DNA of 64,000 nucleotides from Escherichia phage ECO07P1. How positions within the stretch are numbered: the first letter of the stretch is position 1; every line of letters starts with the position of its first letter. The notes under the pieces were generated by a model, which was not told the DNA's origin, ran no database searches, and saw nothing but the letters and a program-made list of their open reading frames with translations. The stretch lies in sequence record OP172784; one strand, 5' to 3'. The position numbers and the translations under genes were made by a program. This document shows positions 9,316 through 20,388 of this stretch, piece by piece.

Positions 9316-10431
9316 TTAAACTTCTCTAAATTCTTGCCCAAACACTTTACCAGTTTTAGACGATGCTTGTGTAGGAAGTACCATTATATCCGGAGGTGAA
9401 GCAGATTCACAGATATAATTAACACGAATGCCATTGACGCCAAATTCAGCAGGTTTCGAAATACCTCCATTTCTTGACACTTCAGAAAAGCTTAAATTTC
9501 TCATGCCACCTTGACCAGCTTGTGCAGTTCTTTGTGCGTATATCGTAAATCCCACAGCGTTTTCTGGAACAACTACATAATCTTCCTTTAATTCCCAAGA
9601 CCCAGCTTGTCCGGTGAACTCAGCTTGTGTTGAAGAAATATATCCATTAGATGCATTATAAAAACGGATGGATATATTTGTGGTTCCAAGCGCAAGTAAA
9701 TCCGCATCAGCATATAACTGAGCTTTAAGATAAAGAACATCACCAGGAACTAAATTATAATCAGAGAGTTTACTTATCGCGGATGAAGTTGGAAAACGTG
9801 CAATTTCGTTATTGGTTCCACCGACCGCTGACATGAATTGCTCGACACTTTCATATGTTCTTTTAGGAAATCCCGTAGCTCCAACGTCTTCTAAACTATC
9901 AAATACAACATCTAAAATAGTTTGATAGTCATCTGTGCTTTTTCTATTACTTAATTTAACATGCTCTAATGCAATAGCTCTTTTAGAAGAAGTATAAAAA
10001 GCAGCATATGATACGTCGAATCTTGACAATATAGAGTCAGATGGAAAAGCAGACGTTCCGGCGGTTCTTAACCAAGATACTACTTCAGGAGGAAAATTAA
10101 CCTTTCCGTTAGTTAATATAGCAACAAGTCTATTATTCGTCAAAGAATTCATGAAGCTAACAAAGGCAGCTGATGTAGTGTCATTTGAAGTCGAAAAAGC
10201 ATATGACTTACTATCAACTAATGCTCCGGTGGAAGGGTCAAAAACTCTTAAATGAAGTCCTGCGCTAAATGTTTGGCTTCCAACAGGATTATCTTGAAAT
10301 TTAACATACGGTCCTGCTGTAGAAAGCGGGCAAGAACCCGCTATGCTTATTTTGTATCTTACTGAATTACTTTCCGATAAAAATGGCGTTTGGACATATC
10401 CTTGTCCAAACTCTGCCATAAATTTTTCCAT
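9316..10431 (-). CDS. 35: gp35 long tail fibre hinge connector
   Basis: 371-aa ORF, SD aggagg upstream; follows gene 34. Confidence 0.85.
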   Translation of the reverse strand: MEKFMAEFGQGYVQTPFLSESNSVRYKISIAGSCPLSTAGPYVKFQDNPVGSQTFSAGLHLRVFDPSTGALVDSKSYAFSTSNDTTSAAFVSFMNSLTNNRLVAILTNGKVNFPPEVVSWLRTAGTSAFPSDSILSRFDVSYAAFYTSSKRAIALEHVKLSNRKSTDDYQTILDVVFDSLEDVGATGFPKRTYESVEQFMSAVGGTNNEIARFPTSSAISKLSDYNLVPGDVLYLKAQLYADADLLALGTTNISIRFYNASNGYISSTQAEFTGQAGSWELKEDYVVVPENAVGFTIYAQRTAQAGQGGMRNLSFSEVSRNGGISKPAEFGVNGIRVNYICESASPPDIMVLPTQASSKTGKVFGQEFREV

Positions 10432-10439
10432 AATACCTC

Positions 10440-13400
10440 CTATTCAATCCATTCAAATTTAACAGATTTATTCACTGGGTCAGGAATAATGCGAACATTA
10501 CCAATTCGTAAGAAATCACGAATAGTAAGATTCCCCATTGTAGCATTATCAGATGGTAAAGCACCGATATCAGACGGCTGAGGAGGGTTACCTCCATCAA
10601 ATACCTGAACAAAACTCGACCAAGAGTTTTTGGTTTTCTGCCATGTACGCGTCCAGCGAGTGGTACGTGCTTCTGGAGTCGTTGGATAAGTAATCCAATC
10701 TTGGTAAAGCGAATCAAGTGTGTTACCAAACTGAGTCAATGTACCAGGAGATTTAACTTCTTCACCACGTTCTAAGTATGGAAGTCCAGTCACTTCATTA
10801 GTTTTTTCAACCATTTTAAAATAACCTGGGAACTGGTTATAAGTGGCTGAATCGTTGATGTCTATAGACCAAAAACCAACATTATCCATTGTAGGTTTTC
10901 TGCTATAGATGTCAGAAGTCTTATCTCCTGTAACCCTTGCATATTTCTGAACATCTAAGCCGTTGTTAATGGTAGCTTTGTTGCTTACCGTAAGGAAGTT
11001 GTTAATAGTAACGGCACCTTCGAATCTAGATTCGCTATTAGCAACTAGACTGGTGGTTGTAATACCTGAAGCTTTAGTAACATTAAGCCCGCCATTAATT
11101 ACAGCAGTCCCATTACCAAGAACGAAATTACCTGCCGATATTTCTAAATCACCGTTCCGTCTAAAGGACCATTTGCGCTGGGTTTTTACTGCATCTATAT
11201 AATGAAGAATAAAAGCACCTTCATCATTTGAGGTAGGTTCATTTGTCAATGTACCAAAGGTAAATGTTCCATCTTTATAACGTTGCTTAATTAAAGGAAC
11301 GTATCTAGATGCGCCAGCTAGAGTAGTTATATTTAAAAATACAGGAGCTTTAACATTGCTATCATGTTGAGAGGTCCAAGTACCCGAGCCTTGCGAAAGT
11401 GAAGTGAACTCAATGTAATTCTGAGCACCTACAGTAGAATTGCTATTGATTGCAGTAGCACCGGTTAATGTGGTATTATTTGAAGTAACAGAACCACTCA
11501 AATTAACCACACCTGTAGCGGTTAAAGTACTTTCAATTCTTGCAGGCTGTTTAAATGTCATAGTAGCATTAATATCCTGGGCTACATCACGACGAATAAA
11601 CTGTGTACTATCCAGGTTATCCAGTTTATCCGAGTCTGCTGCTTTAGCCAAACGCGGCAGGAAGTTACCAAGAGTTTTGTTTAACTCGTACGGAGAGATA
11701 GCATAGCTATTTTTCTCGTACAGGTCAAGAGCCTGGGTCGAACCTGCAGTTGCATTACCGACAAAAGTAATTGCGCCTTCAGACATTTTAACAAAACCTC
11801 TTATCGCAGTAGTAGCTGCCCAAGTAGGTTCACTCTGCACAATCCATTTTAAATTTTTTGGAGATACAGCAGTATTTGCTGACGTTCCAGCCACAGTTTC
11901 AGACTGAGTTGCAACTTTAATAACACCTTCCTGCGATTCGGTAGATTTAGTACCTAAAAGCTTTTTAGGAGTTATTAAAACATTATCCAATGTTCCTGCA
12001 GCAGCTTCAACTTGTGTAGCTACACGAAGTGTACCACGCTGTGTCTCATTTGCTTCAAGAATATTAAGTGTATAATGGTCCCAGAGAGTTCCTGATTCAA
12101 CTAATCCAGATAGAGCAACAACAGAAGTACGATCAGTACTATTAAATCTGGTTTTAATTTTTAATGGTGTAGAGATACGAGTATCGTCGACGCCTGCGTC
12201 GAATTCAACTTGTGTAGCAATTTCAGCTATACCACTTAAACTTTCAGTTGCTCTACGGTCATTTAAAGTTTTAGGAGTGACTGCACGAGTATAATCAGTT
12301 CCTGTATTAACTTCACTTTGTGTAGCAATTTCAATTAAACCAATTCTTGCATCAGTTGATGTCTTTTTATGTAACGTTTCTGGCGTTACAACAGCATTTG
12401 CCCATCCTTCTTGACTCTGTCCAGCAATTACTTCACTTTCAACTGCTAAAATTACTGCACCTTGTTGCGTTGGAGTAGCTTTATACTGATCCAAAGCTTT
12501 AGGCGAAACGACTAAATTATTAGTGTTTTTATTATAAACGTTTGTACCATTTAATTCACGACTAGAAGCTGGAGTAGCTCCTGCGGTAGATACAAAGGTT
12601 ACAATACCAGATAATGATTCAGAACCTTGACGAGCTTGAAGCTTTTTAGGAGTGATGATTGTAGTATCATCAGTACCTGCATTAGTTTCCTGTTGCGTAG
12701 CAATTTCAGCAACACCTCTACGAGTTTCTGTAGCAGTTCTTTCATTCAGCTTTTTAGGAGTGATGATAATATCATCAGCAAAAGAGAATGTAGTGTTCTG
12801 ATTCACTTGAGCAGTAGTTGCTATTCTTGCGATACCTCTGCGAGTTTCTGTAGCAGTACGATTAGCTAATGTTTCCGGAGTAATTGCTAATTCTTTTTGT
12901 GGAGAATTTTCTAAATCGACGTTAGCTTGAGCTTGTGTAGCTAAAGCAATTACGCCTAATCTTGCTCTAGTAGAATCATTTAAAGAATCAACTCTTTCTA
13001 CGGTTGGAACGTTTTGCTGTACAACCCAATATTTTCCATCAGAATCTTCTATATAAGCAAGCTCTAAAACTGGAACATAATTAGTTTCACCGTTAAAAAC
13101 TAATTCTTGAACAGTTACCCATTCAGCTTCAGGTGGATATTCTGAACGTTTTGGGAATTGCAGCAATTGAACTGAAGAAGCAATTTTATCTTCACCGGCA
13201 GCTTTGATTTTAACTGTTTGTCCTTTTCTCATGTAATTCATGGAAATTTTAACAGTATCACCAACAGAAATATTAGTTGGAAGCTTAAGCTCAATTGTCT
13301 GAGCTGTTCCGTTATTCGCACCAAATACCATAACTTCTTCATTTGGACGAATATTTGAATTAGTTGTTATAATACGTAAACGTGCTTTATTATCCCCGTC

Positions 13401-14285
13401 AAACAATCTCCACAATTTTTCATTATCATCAAACATCAAGAAACCGTCAATCGTTGTACGGCCTTCAATGGAATGAGTTCCAACTTCTTGTACTGAAGTC
13501 GTTTCATCGTATGTAGTAACAATTGTATGATAAAGCGGATTTAGTTTATCTAAATCGACGAAATTAATAATATCGCCATGATTAGCAAATCTCGGAAGTT
13601 TAATATTAATCGGTGCAGCAGAAGTAAATCTACGTACGATAAAATCGTTAGATTGTGCTTGATAAGTATTCGCTGGTGTTACAATTACAGCTTCTCTACT
13701 ATAATCAGCAACATACATTTGCCACAGACGATTACTAAAAATTAAAACTAACTGTGACTTTGGATGAGTCATTAGTACTGAACGTACTTGCTCGCCTCTA
13801 AAGTTTACAATACTTTGCACTGGAGCTACAATTAAAACTTGGTTAACTCCAGGTTTTCCTCCAATATCTTGGAGAACGATAGTATCACCATCAATTGGAG
13901 AAGATGGTAAAGTAAACGTGATGTCATTTCCAGCTGCGGTGTTAACCGAAATAGCTTCACCAGATTTTAATTGATATGAACCAGATGAGACTGTAATCCA
14001 GTTAGCATCAGTACGCAATGCTCTCCAGCGTCCACTATTAAAAGTTCCTGCCGGTTTTGGAATATCATTTATAGCAGCCCAAAAGCGGTTATCATAAATG
14101 ATTACAAAATCTTTTAAATATCCACGAGTTGGATCATATTGTTGAACTGTGTTTTCTTGAATTAGGTAATCAACGTTAACACCGTCAGTTCCTACGGTAC
14201 GATCAGCTAAAGCTACGTTGATTATTTTATCGCCACCTGCGTCCAGACCGTCTTCTGCTCTGAACTTTCTTTTAATCTCGGCCAT
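10440..14285 (-). CDS. 34: gp34 long tail fibre proximal subunit (1281 aa)
   Basis: Large ORF with internal ~25-aa repeats; late promoter upstream; adjacent to rnh as in T4. Confidence 0.9.
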   Translation of the reverse strand: MAEIKRKFRAEDGLDAGGDKIINVALADRTVGTDGVNVDYLIQENTVQQYDPTRGYLKDFVIIYDNRFWAAINDIPKPAGTFNSGRWRALRTDANWITVSSGSYQLKSGEAISVNTAAGNDITFTLPSSPIDGDTIVLQDIGGKPGVNQVLIVAPVQSIVNFRGEQVRSVLMTHPKSQLVLIFSNRLWQMYVADYSREAVIVTPANTYQAQSNDFIVRRFTSAAPINIKLPRFANHGDIINFVDLDKLNPLYHTIVTTYDETTSVQEVGTHSIEGRTTIDGFLMFDDNEKLWRLFDGDNKARLRIITTNSNIRPNEEVMVFGANNGTAQTIELKLPTNISVGDTVKISMNYMRKGQTVKIKAAGEDKIASSVQLLQFPKRSEYPPEAEWVTVQELVFNGETNYVPVLELAYIEDSDGKYWVVQQNVPTVERVDSLNDSTRARLGVIALATQAQANVDLENSPQKELAITPETLANRTATETRRGIARIATTAQVNQNTTFSFADDIIITPKKLNERTATETRRGVAEIATQQETNAGTDDTTIITPKKLQARQGSESLSGIVTFVSTAGATPASSRELNGTNVYNKNTNNLVVSPKALDQYKATPTQQGAVILAVESEVIAGQSQEGWANAVVTPETLHKKTSTDARIGLIEIATQSEVNTGTDYTRAVTPKTLNDRRATESLSGIAEIATQVEFDAGVDDTRISTPLKIKTRFNSTDRTSVVALSGLVESGTLWDHYTLNILEANETQRGTLRVATQVEAAAGTLDNVLITPKKLLGTKSTESQEGVIKVATQSETVAGTSANTAVSPKNLKWIVQSEPTWAATTAIRGFVKMSEGAITFVGNATAGSTQALDLYEKNSYAISPYELNKTLGNFLPRLAKAADSDKLDNLDSTQFIRRDVAQDINATMTFKQPARIESTLTATGVVNLSGSVTSNNTTLTGATAINSNSTVGAQNYIEFTSLSQGSGTWTSQHDSNVKAPVFLNITTLAGASRYVPLIKQRYKDGTFTFGTLTNEPTSNDEGAFILHYIDAVKTQRKWSFRRNGDLEISAGNFVLGNGTAVINGGLNVTKASGITTTSLVANSESRFEGAVTINNFLTVSNKATINNGLDVQKYARVTGDKTSDIYSRKPTMDNVGFWSIDINDSATYNQFPGYFKMVEKTNEVTGLPYLERGEEVKSPGTLTQFGNTLDSLYQDWITYPTTPEARTTRWTRTWQKTKNSWSSFVQVFDGGNPPQPSDIGALPSDNATMGNLTIRDFLRIGNVRIIPDPVNKSVKFEWIE

Positions 14286-14319
14286 TCTCCCGGGCTCCTA
14301 TTGTGTTTTCAATAATAAG

Positions 14320-14327
14320 TATTTATA
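14320..14327 (-). promoter_or_regulatory. late promoter for gene 34
   Basis: + strand tatttata 35-42 nt upstream of gene 34 start. Confidence 0.7.
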
Positions 14328-14330
14328 CTT

Positions 14331-14360
14331 GTTTACTTTAAGATTCGGATGGTATATAAT
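14331..14360 (+). promoter_or_regulatory. early promoter for rnh (divergent from gene 34 late promoter)
   Basis: GTTTAC (14331-14336), spacer, ggTATATAAT. Confidence 0.6.
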
Positions 14361-14389
14361 AGAAATCTCACTAATTGAACGAGGTTCAT

Positions 14390-15307
14390 ATGGATTTAGA
14401 AATGATGCTGGATGAAGATTACAAAGAAGGAATCTGCTTAATTGACTTTAGTCAAATTGCGCTTTCAACTGCTCTAGTAAACTTCCCAGATAAAGAAAAA
14501 ATTAATTTATCAATGGTTCGTCATTTGATATTGAACTCAATTAAGTTTAATGTCAAAAAAGCAAAAACTCTTGGATACACTAAAATTGTACTGTGTATCG
14601 ATAACGCGAAATCTGGATACTGGCGTCGTGATTTCGCTTATTATTATAAGAAAAACCGTGGAAAAGCACGAGAAGAATCTACTTGGGATTGGGAAGGTTA
14701 TTTTGAATCCAGTCATAAAGTTATAGATGAATTGAAAGCTTATATGCCATACATTGTTATGGATATTGATAAGTATGAAGCAGATGACCACATTGCTGTT
14801 CTTGTTAAAAAGTTCTCTTTAGAAGGACACAAGATTTTAATCATTTCATCGGATGGTGACTTTACTCAACTTCACAAATACCCAAATGTTAAGCAATGGT
14901 CACCGATGCACAAGAAATGGGTTAAAATTAAAAGCGGTTCTGCTGAAATTGACTGTATGACTAAAATCCTTAAAGGTGACAAAAAGGATAACGTTGCTTC
15001 AGTTAAAGTACGATCTGACTTTTGGTTTACCAGAGTTGAAGGTGAACGAACTCCTTCAATGAAAACATCTATTGTTGAAGCTATTGCTAATGACCGTGAG
15101 CAAGCTAAGGTGCTTCTCACCGAATCTGAATATAATCGATACAAAGAAAATTTAGTTCTAATTGATTTTGATTATATTCCTGATAATATTGCTTCAAACA
15201 TCGTGAATTACTATAATTCATATAAATTACCACCGCGTGGCAAAATTTATTCATATTTTGTAAAAGCGGGTCTTTCTAAATTAACTAATAACATTAATGA
15301 ATTTTGA
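14390..15307 (+). CDS. rnh: RNase H (5'-3' exonuclease / flap endonuclease)
   Basis: 305 aa from ATG 14390 (MDLEMMLDEDYKEGICLIDF...), recognised as T4 RNase H; track start 14375 is TTG. Confidence 0.9.
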   Translation: MDLEMMLDEDYKEGICLIDFSQIALSTALVNFPDKEKINLSMVRHLILNSIKFNVKKAKTLGYTKIVLCIDNAKSGYWRRDFAYYYKKNRGKAREESTWDWEGYFESSHKVIDELKAYMPYIVMDIDKYEADDHIAVLVKKFSLEGHKILIISSDGDFTQLHKYPNVKQWSPMHKKWVKIKSGSAEIDCMTKILKGDKKDNVASVKVRSDFWFTRVEGERTPSMKTSIVEAIANDREQAKVLLTESEYNRYKENLVLIDFDYIPDNIASNIVNYYNSYKLPPRGKIYSYFVKAGLSKLTNNINEF

Positions 15308-15315
15308 GGTGAATA

Positions 15316-15585
15316 ATGGCTAAAAAAGAAATGGTTGAATTTGATGAAGCTATCCATGGCGAAGACTTGGCCAAATTTATCAAAGAAGCATCTGATCATA
15401 AACTGAAAATTTCCGGTTATAATGAATTGATTAAAGATATTCGAATTCGTGCCAAAGATGAACTTGGCGTTGATGGTAAGATGTTTAATCGTCTATTAGC
15501 TTTGTATCATAAAGATAACCGTGATGTGTTTGAAGCTGAAACCGAAGAGGTAGTTGAACTTTATGACACAGTTTTCTCTAAATGA
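15316..15585 (+). CDS. dsbA: DsbA dsDNA-binding protein
   Basis: 89-aa ORF between rnh and gene 33 as in T4. Confidence 0.75.
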   Translation: MAKKEMVEFDEAIHGEDLAKFIKEASDHKLKISGYNELIKDIRIRAKDELGVDGKMFNRLLALYHKDNRDVFEAETEEVVELYDTVFSK

Positions 15586-15901
15586 TATTCGTCCGGTCGA
15601 TGAGACCGGTCTTTCAGAAAAAGAACTTTCAATTAAGAAAGAAAAGGATGAAATAGCAAAGCTTCTTGACCGCCAAGAAAATGGATTTATTATTGAAAAA
15701 ATGGTAGAAGAGTTTGGAATGAGTTATCTTGAAGCTACAACAGCATTCTTGGAAGAAAATTCTATTCCTGAAACTCAGTTTGCTAAATTTATTCCTTCGG
15801 GTATAATTGAAAAAATTCAGTCAGAAGCTATTGACGAAAATCTTTTACGTCCTTCTGTTGTTCGTTGTGAAAAAACTAATACATTAGATTTTCTACTATG
15901 A
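15563..15901 (+). CDS. 33: gp33 late transcription co-activator
   Basis: 112 aa from ATG 15563 (MTQFSLNDIRPVD...); track start 15554 is TTG; SD gaagagg. Confidence 0.8.
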   Translation: MTQFSLNDIRPVDETGLSEKELSIKKEKDEIAKLLDRQENGFIIEKMVEEFGMSYLEATTAFLEENSIPETQFAKFIPSGIIEKIQSEAIDENLLRPSVVRCEKTNTLDFLL

Positions 15902-16551
15902 TTAAACTCCGCATGCCTGCTGGTGGTGAAAGATACATTGATGGTAAATCAGTTTATAAATTATACTTAATGATAAAACAACATATGAATGGAAAGTATG
16001 ATGTAATTAAGTATAATTGGTGCATGCGGGTGTCTGATGCCGCTTATCAAAAGCGAAGGGATAAGTATTTTTTCCAGAAGTTATCAGAAAAATATAAATT
16101 AAAGGAACTTGCTTTAATATTTATAAGCAATCTTGTTGCTAACCAAGATGCTTGGATTGGTGACATCTCTGACGCTGATGCACTTGTGTTTTATCGTGAA
16201 TATATCGGACGCTTAAAGCAAATTAAATTTAAGTTTGAAGAAGATATTCGCAACATTTATTATTTTAGTAAAAAAGTTGAAGTTTCTGCTTTTAAAGAAA
16301 TTTTTGAATATAATCCAAAAGTTCAATCAAGTTATATTTTTAAACTACTTCAATCGAATATAATTTCGTTTGAGACGTTTATCTTGCTTGATTCGTTTTT
16401 AAATATAATTGATAAACATGATGAACAGACTGATAATTTAGTCTGGAATAATTATTCTATAAAGTTAAAAGCTTATAGAAAAATTTTAAATATTGATTCA
16501 CAGAAAGCCAAAAGTGTTTTCATTGAAACTGTGAAATCTTGTAAGTATTAA
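15898..16551 (+). CDS. 59: gp59 helicase loader
   Basis: 217-aa ORF immediately upstream of gene 32. Confidence 0.85.
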   Translation: MIKLRMPAGGERYIDGKSVYKLYLMIKQHMNGKYDVIKYNWCMRVSDAAYQKRRDKYFFQKLSEKYKLKELALIFISNLVANQDAWIGDISDADALVFYREYIGRLKQIKFKFEEDIRNIYYFSKKVEVSAFKEIFEYNPKVQSSYIFKLLQSNIISFETFILLDSFLNIIDKHDEQTDNLVWNNYSIKLKAYRKILNIDSQKAKSVFIETVKSCKY

Positions 16552-16552
16552 T

Positions 16553-16576
16553 TGCTTATTATAAATAGATTATAAT
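16553..16576 (+). promoter_or_regulatory. composite promoter region upstream of gene 32 (MotA-box-like TGCTT, TATAAATA, TATAAT)
   Basis: tgctt 16553-16557; tataaata 16560-16567; tataat 16571-16576. Confidence 0.5.
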
Positions 16577-16579
16577 TAT

Positions 16580-16650
16580 CTCACTGACCAGCTATGAGGT
16601 CATACATCGTCATAGCACCAACTGTTAATTAAATTAAAAAGGAAATAAAA
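16580..16650 (+). promoter_or_regulatory. gene 32 translational operator (pseudoknot plus unstructured A/U-rich gp32 binding region)
   Basis: tgacc...ggtca and ctatga...tcatag interleaved stems, then ttaaattaaaaaggaaataaaaATG. Confidence 0.75.
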
Positions 16651-17559
16651 ATGTTTAAACGTAAATCTACTGCTGAACTCGCTGCACAAATGGCTAAACT
16701 GGCTGGAAATAAAGGTGGTTTTTCTTCTGAAGATAAAGGCGAGTGGAAACTGAAACTCGACAATGCGGGTAACGGTCAAGCAGTAATTCGTTTTCTTCCG
16801 TCTAAAAATGATGAACAAGCACCATTCGCAATTCTTGTAAATCACGGTTTCAAGAAAAATGGTAAATGGTATATTGAAAACTGTTCATCTACCCACGGTG
16901 ATTACGATTCTTGTCCAGTATGTCAGTACATCAGTAAAAATGATTTGTATAACACTGACAATAAAGAGTACGGTCTTGTTAAACGTAAAACTTCTTACTG
17001 GGCTAACATTCTTGTAGTAAAAGACCCAGCTGCTCCAGAAAATGAAGGTAAAGTATTTAAATACCGTTTCGGTAAGAAAATCTGGGATAAAATCAATGCA
17101 ATGATTGCAGTTGATGTTGAAATGGGTGAAACTCCGGTTGATGTAACTTGTCCGTGGGAAGGTGCTAACTTTGTACTGAAAGTTAAACAAGTTTCTGGTT
17201 TTAGTAACTACGACGAATCTAAATTCCTGAATCAATCTGCGATTCCAAACATTGATGATGAATCTTTCCAGAAAGAACTGTTCGAACAAATGGTTGACCT
17301 TTCTGAAATGACTTCTAAAGATAAATTCAAATCGTTTGAAGAACTGAGCACTAAGTTCAGCCAAGTTATGGGAACTGCTGCTATGGGTGGTGCCGCTGCA
17401 ACTGCCGCTAAGAAAGCTGATAAAGTTGCTGATGATTTGGATGCATTCAATGTTGATGACTTCAAAACAAAAACTGAAGATGATTTTATGAGCTCAAGCT
17501 CTGGCAGTTCATCTAGTGCTGATGACACGGACCTGGATGACCTTTTGAATGATCTTTAA
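16651..17559 (+). CDS. 32: gp32 single-stranded DNA-binding protein
   Basis: ORF with acidic C-terminal tail and zinc-binding Cys/His cluster, recognised as T4 gp32; translational operator upstream. Confidence 0.95.
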   Translation: MFKRKSTAELAAQMAKLAGNKGGFSSEDKGEWKLKLDNAGNGQAVIRFLPSKNDEQAPFAILVNHGFKKNGKWYIENCSSTHGDYDSCPVCQYISKNDLYNTDNKEYGLVKRKTSYWANILVVKDPAAPENEGKVFKYRFGKKIWDKINAMIAVDVEMGETPVDVTCPWEGANFVLKVKQVSGFSNYDESKFLNQSAIPNIDDESFQKELFEQMVDLSEMTSKDKFKSFEELSTKFSQVMGTAAMGGAAATAAKKADKVADDLDAFNVDDFKTKTEDDFMSSSSGSSSSADDTDLDDLLNDL

Positions 17560-17581
17560 TAGATTATATTACTAATTAATT

Positions 17582-17606
17582 GGGGACCCTAGAGGTCCCC
17601 TTTTTA
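17582..17606 (+). terminator. intrinsic terminator after gene 32
   Basis: ggggacc-ctaga-ggtcccc followed by ttttt. Confidence 0.8.
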
Positions 17607-17630
17607 TTTCAAAAATTTTTTCACAAAACT

Positions 17631-17660
17631 GTTTACAAGCATAAAGCTTTGTGGTACTAT
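17631..17660 (+). promoter_or_regulatory. early promoter (near-duplicate of the motA promoter cassette)
   Basis: GTTTAC 17631-17636, 18-nt spacer, gtggTACTAT; same UP element as at 1321-1346. Confidence 0.65.
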
Positions 17661-17703
17661 ACAACTATCGGCAATACTGCTGATAATTAAAGAGGAAAAT
17701 AAC

Positions 17704-17931
17704 ATGGCTAAAATTGATATTGATGTTGTTGATTTTGAATATATTGAAGAAATTATTCGTAATCGTTATCCTGAACTCCGTATTACAAGCGCACTAAATG
17801 ACCCCAATTGCAATGTTTCAGTTGTTATTGAAGGTCCTTTAAATCGTCTTAAACAATTTATGATTAATGAATATTGTGACGGTATGGATGCTGAAGATGT
17901 AGAATTTTACACAGGATTTATTGAGCAGTAA
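17704..17931 (+). CDS. hypothetical early protein
   Basis: Track ORF; ATG start with SD agagga; early promoter upstream. Confidence 0.5.
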   Translation: MAKIDIDVVDFEYIEEIIRNRYPELRITSALNDPNCNVSVVIEGPLNRLKQFMINEYCDGMDAEDVEFYTGFIEQ

Positions 17932-17937
17932 TTATCA

Positions 17938-17955
17938 AGGGGCTATCAAGCCCCT
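17938..17955 (+). other. intercistronic stem-loop
   Basis: aggggc-tatcaa-gcccct between ORFs 17704..17931 and 17976..18338. Confidence 0.5.
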
Positions 17956-17975
17956 ATTAAAATGAGGAAAAGAAA

Positions 17976-18338
17976 ATGTATATCGGTAAAAAGTATGAAC
18001 TTGTTCCAAGACTTATTGATACATTTATTAATTATCGTCCACGTTCTAATTCAGCAATAGTTAAAATTATTCAAGAAAATGGCGGATGGTTTGAAGTTAA
18101 AGAAGCTTTCTTTGCTGATGGATTTAGAGTAATAAAACACATTGAATGCGCAAATGGAAAGCATTTTTACTTCAACGTCTGTGAAGACGAATTTCATTGT
18201 TTTCGCGAGTATAAAGAACCGACTTTTGAAGATGAAGTCGAAGACAAGGTTTCTGGCGTAACAAAAATTCACTGCATTGTAGACGAAAACAATGTAGATG
18301 AAATCATTGAACTTTTGCGAAAAACTTTCAAAAAGTAG
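17976..18338 (+). CDS. hypothetical early protein
   Basis: Track ORF; ATG with SD gagga. Confidence 0.5.
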   Translation: MYIGKKYELVPRLIDTFINYRPRSNSAIVKIIQENGGWFEVKEAFFADGFRVIKHIECANGKHFYFNVCEDEFHCFREYKEPTFEDEVEDKVSGVTKIHCIVDENNVDEIIELLRKTFKK

Positions 18339-18372
18339 TTTACATCAGGGTAGTAGTGTGATACTATTACCC
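18338..18372 (+). promoter_or_regulatory. early promoter with -10 region inside a 9-bp inverted repeat
   Basis: GTTTAC 18338-18343; arms gggtagtag (18348-18356) / ctattaccc (18364-18372). Confidence 0.55.
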
Positions 18373-18392
18373 TAACAACTGAGGAGAATAAA

Positions 18393-18635
18393 ATGAGATT
18401 ACAACGCCAGAGCATCAAAGATTCAGAAGTTAGAGGTAAATGGTATTTTAATATCATCGGTAAAGATTCTGAACTTGTTGAAAAAGCTGAACATCTTTTA
18501 CGTGATATGGGATGGGAAGATGAATGCGATGGATGCCCTCTTTATGAGGATGGAGAAAGCGCAGGGTTTTGGATTTACCATTCTGATGTTGAACAGTTTA
18601 AAGCTGATTGGAAAATTGTGAAAAAGTCTGTTTGA
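18393..18635 (+). CDS. hypothetical early protein
   Basis: Track ORF; SD gaggag; promoter upstream. Confidence 0.5.
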   Translation: MRLQRQSIKDSEVRGKWYFNIIGKDSELVEKAEHLLRDMGWEDECDGCPLYEDGESAGFWIYHSDVEQFKADWKIVKKSV

Positions 18636-18644
18636 GGAAATATA

Positions 18645-18883
18645 GTGAAAACACTAAATTTGCTTAAGGTTGGGGAAGACATAGATATTGTTGATATCTA
18701 CAAAAATCTAACTTATTATGATAATTTATTTGTCGTTCAAACTTTAAATGGTGATTACTATACGGTTTCTTTAGTGCGAAATAAATTTAAAAACAAATTT
18801 TACTTTTGCATTTATAATTATCATGGCCAACGCTCTAGCAATTATATTGAACCGTCTGACATATTTTATATTGAGGAATTAAA

Positions 18884-18887
<4 letters not shown>
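18645..18887 (+). CDS. hypothetical protein (GTG start)
   Basis: Track ORF beginning at GTG 18645; SD gaggaa 5 nt upstream. Confidence 0.4.
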
Positions 18888-20255
<1,368 letters not shown>

Positions 20256-20356
20256 TAATTGAGGCCTGAGTATAAGGTGACTTATACTTGTAATCTATCT
20301 AAACGGGGAACCTCTCTAGTAGACAATCCCGTGCTAAATTGTAGGACTACCCTTTA

Positions 20357-20388
20357 ATAAATACTTCTATATTTAAAGAGGTATTTAT
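20357..20388 (+). promoter_or_regulatory. stem-loop covering the I-TevI ribosome-binding site and start codon
   Basis: 8-bp stem ataaatac (20357-20364) / gtatttat (20381-20388); SD aaagagg in loop, ATG begins in 3' arm. Confidence 0.55.

Noticed and set aside
13100-14285. Search for a second replication origin (T4 ori34-like middle promoter) inside gene 34
   Set aside because: I could not find a convincing MotA box plus -10 pair by eye in this interval; it would need a motif scan or alignment to the mapped T4 origin.
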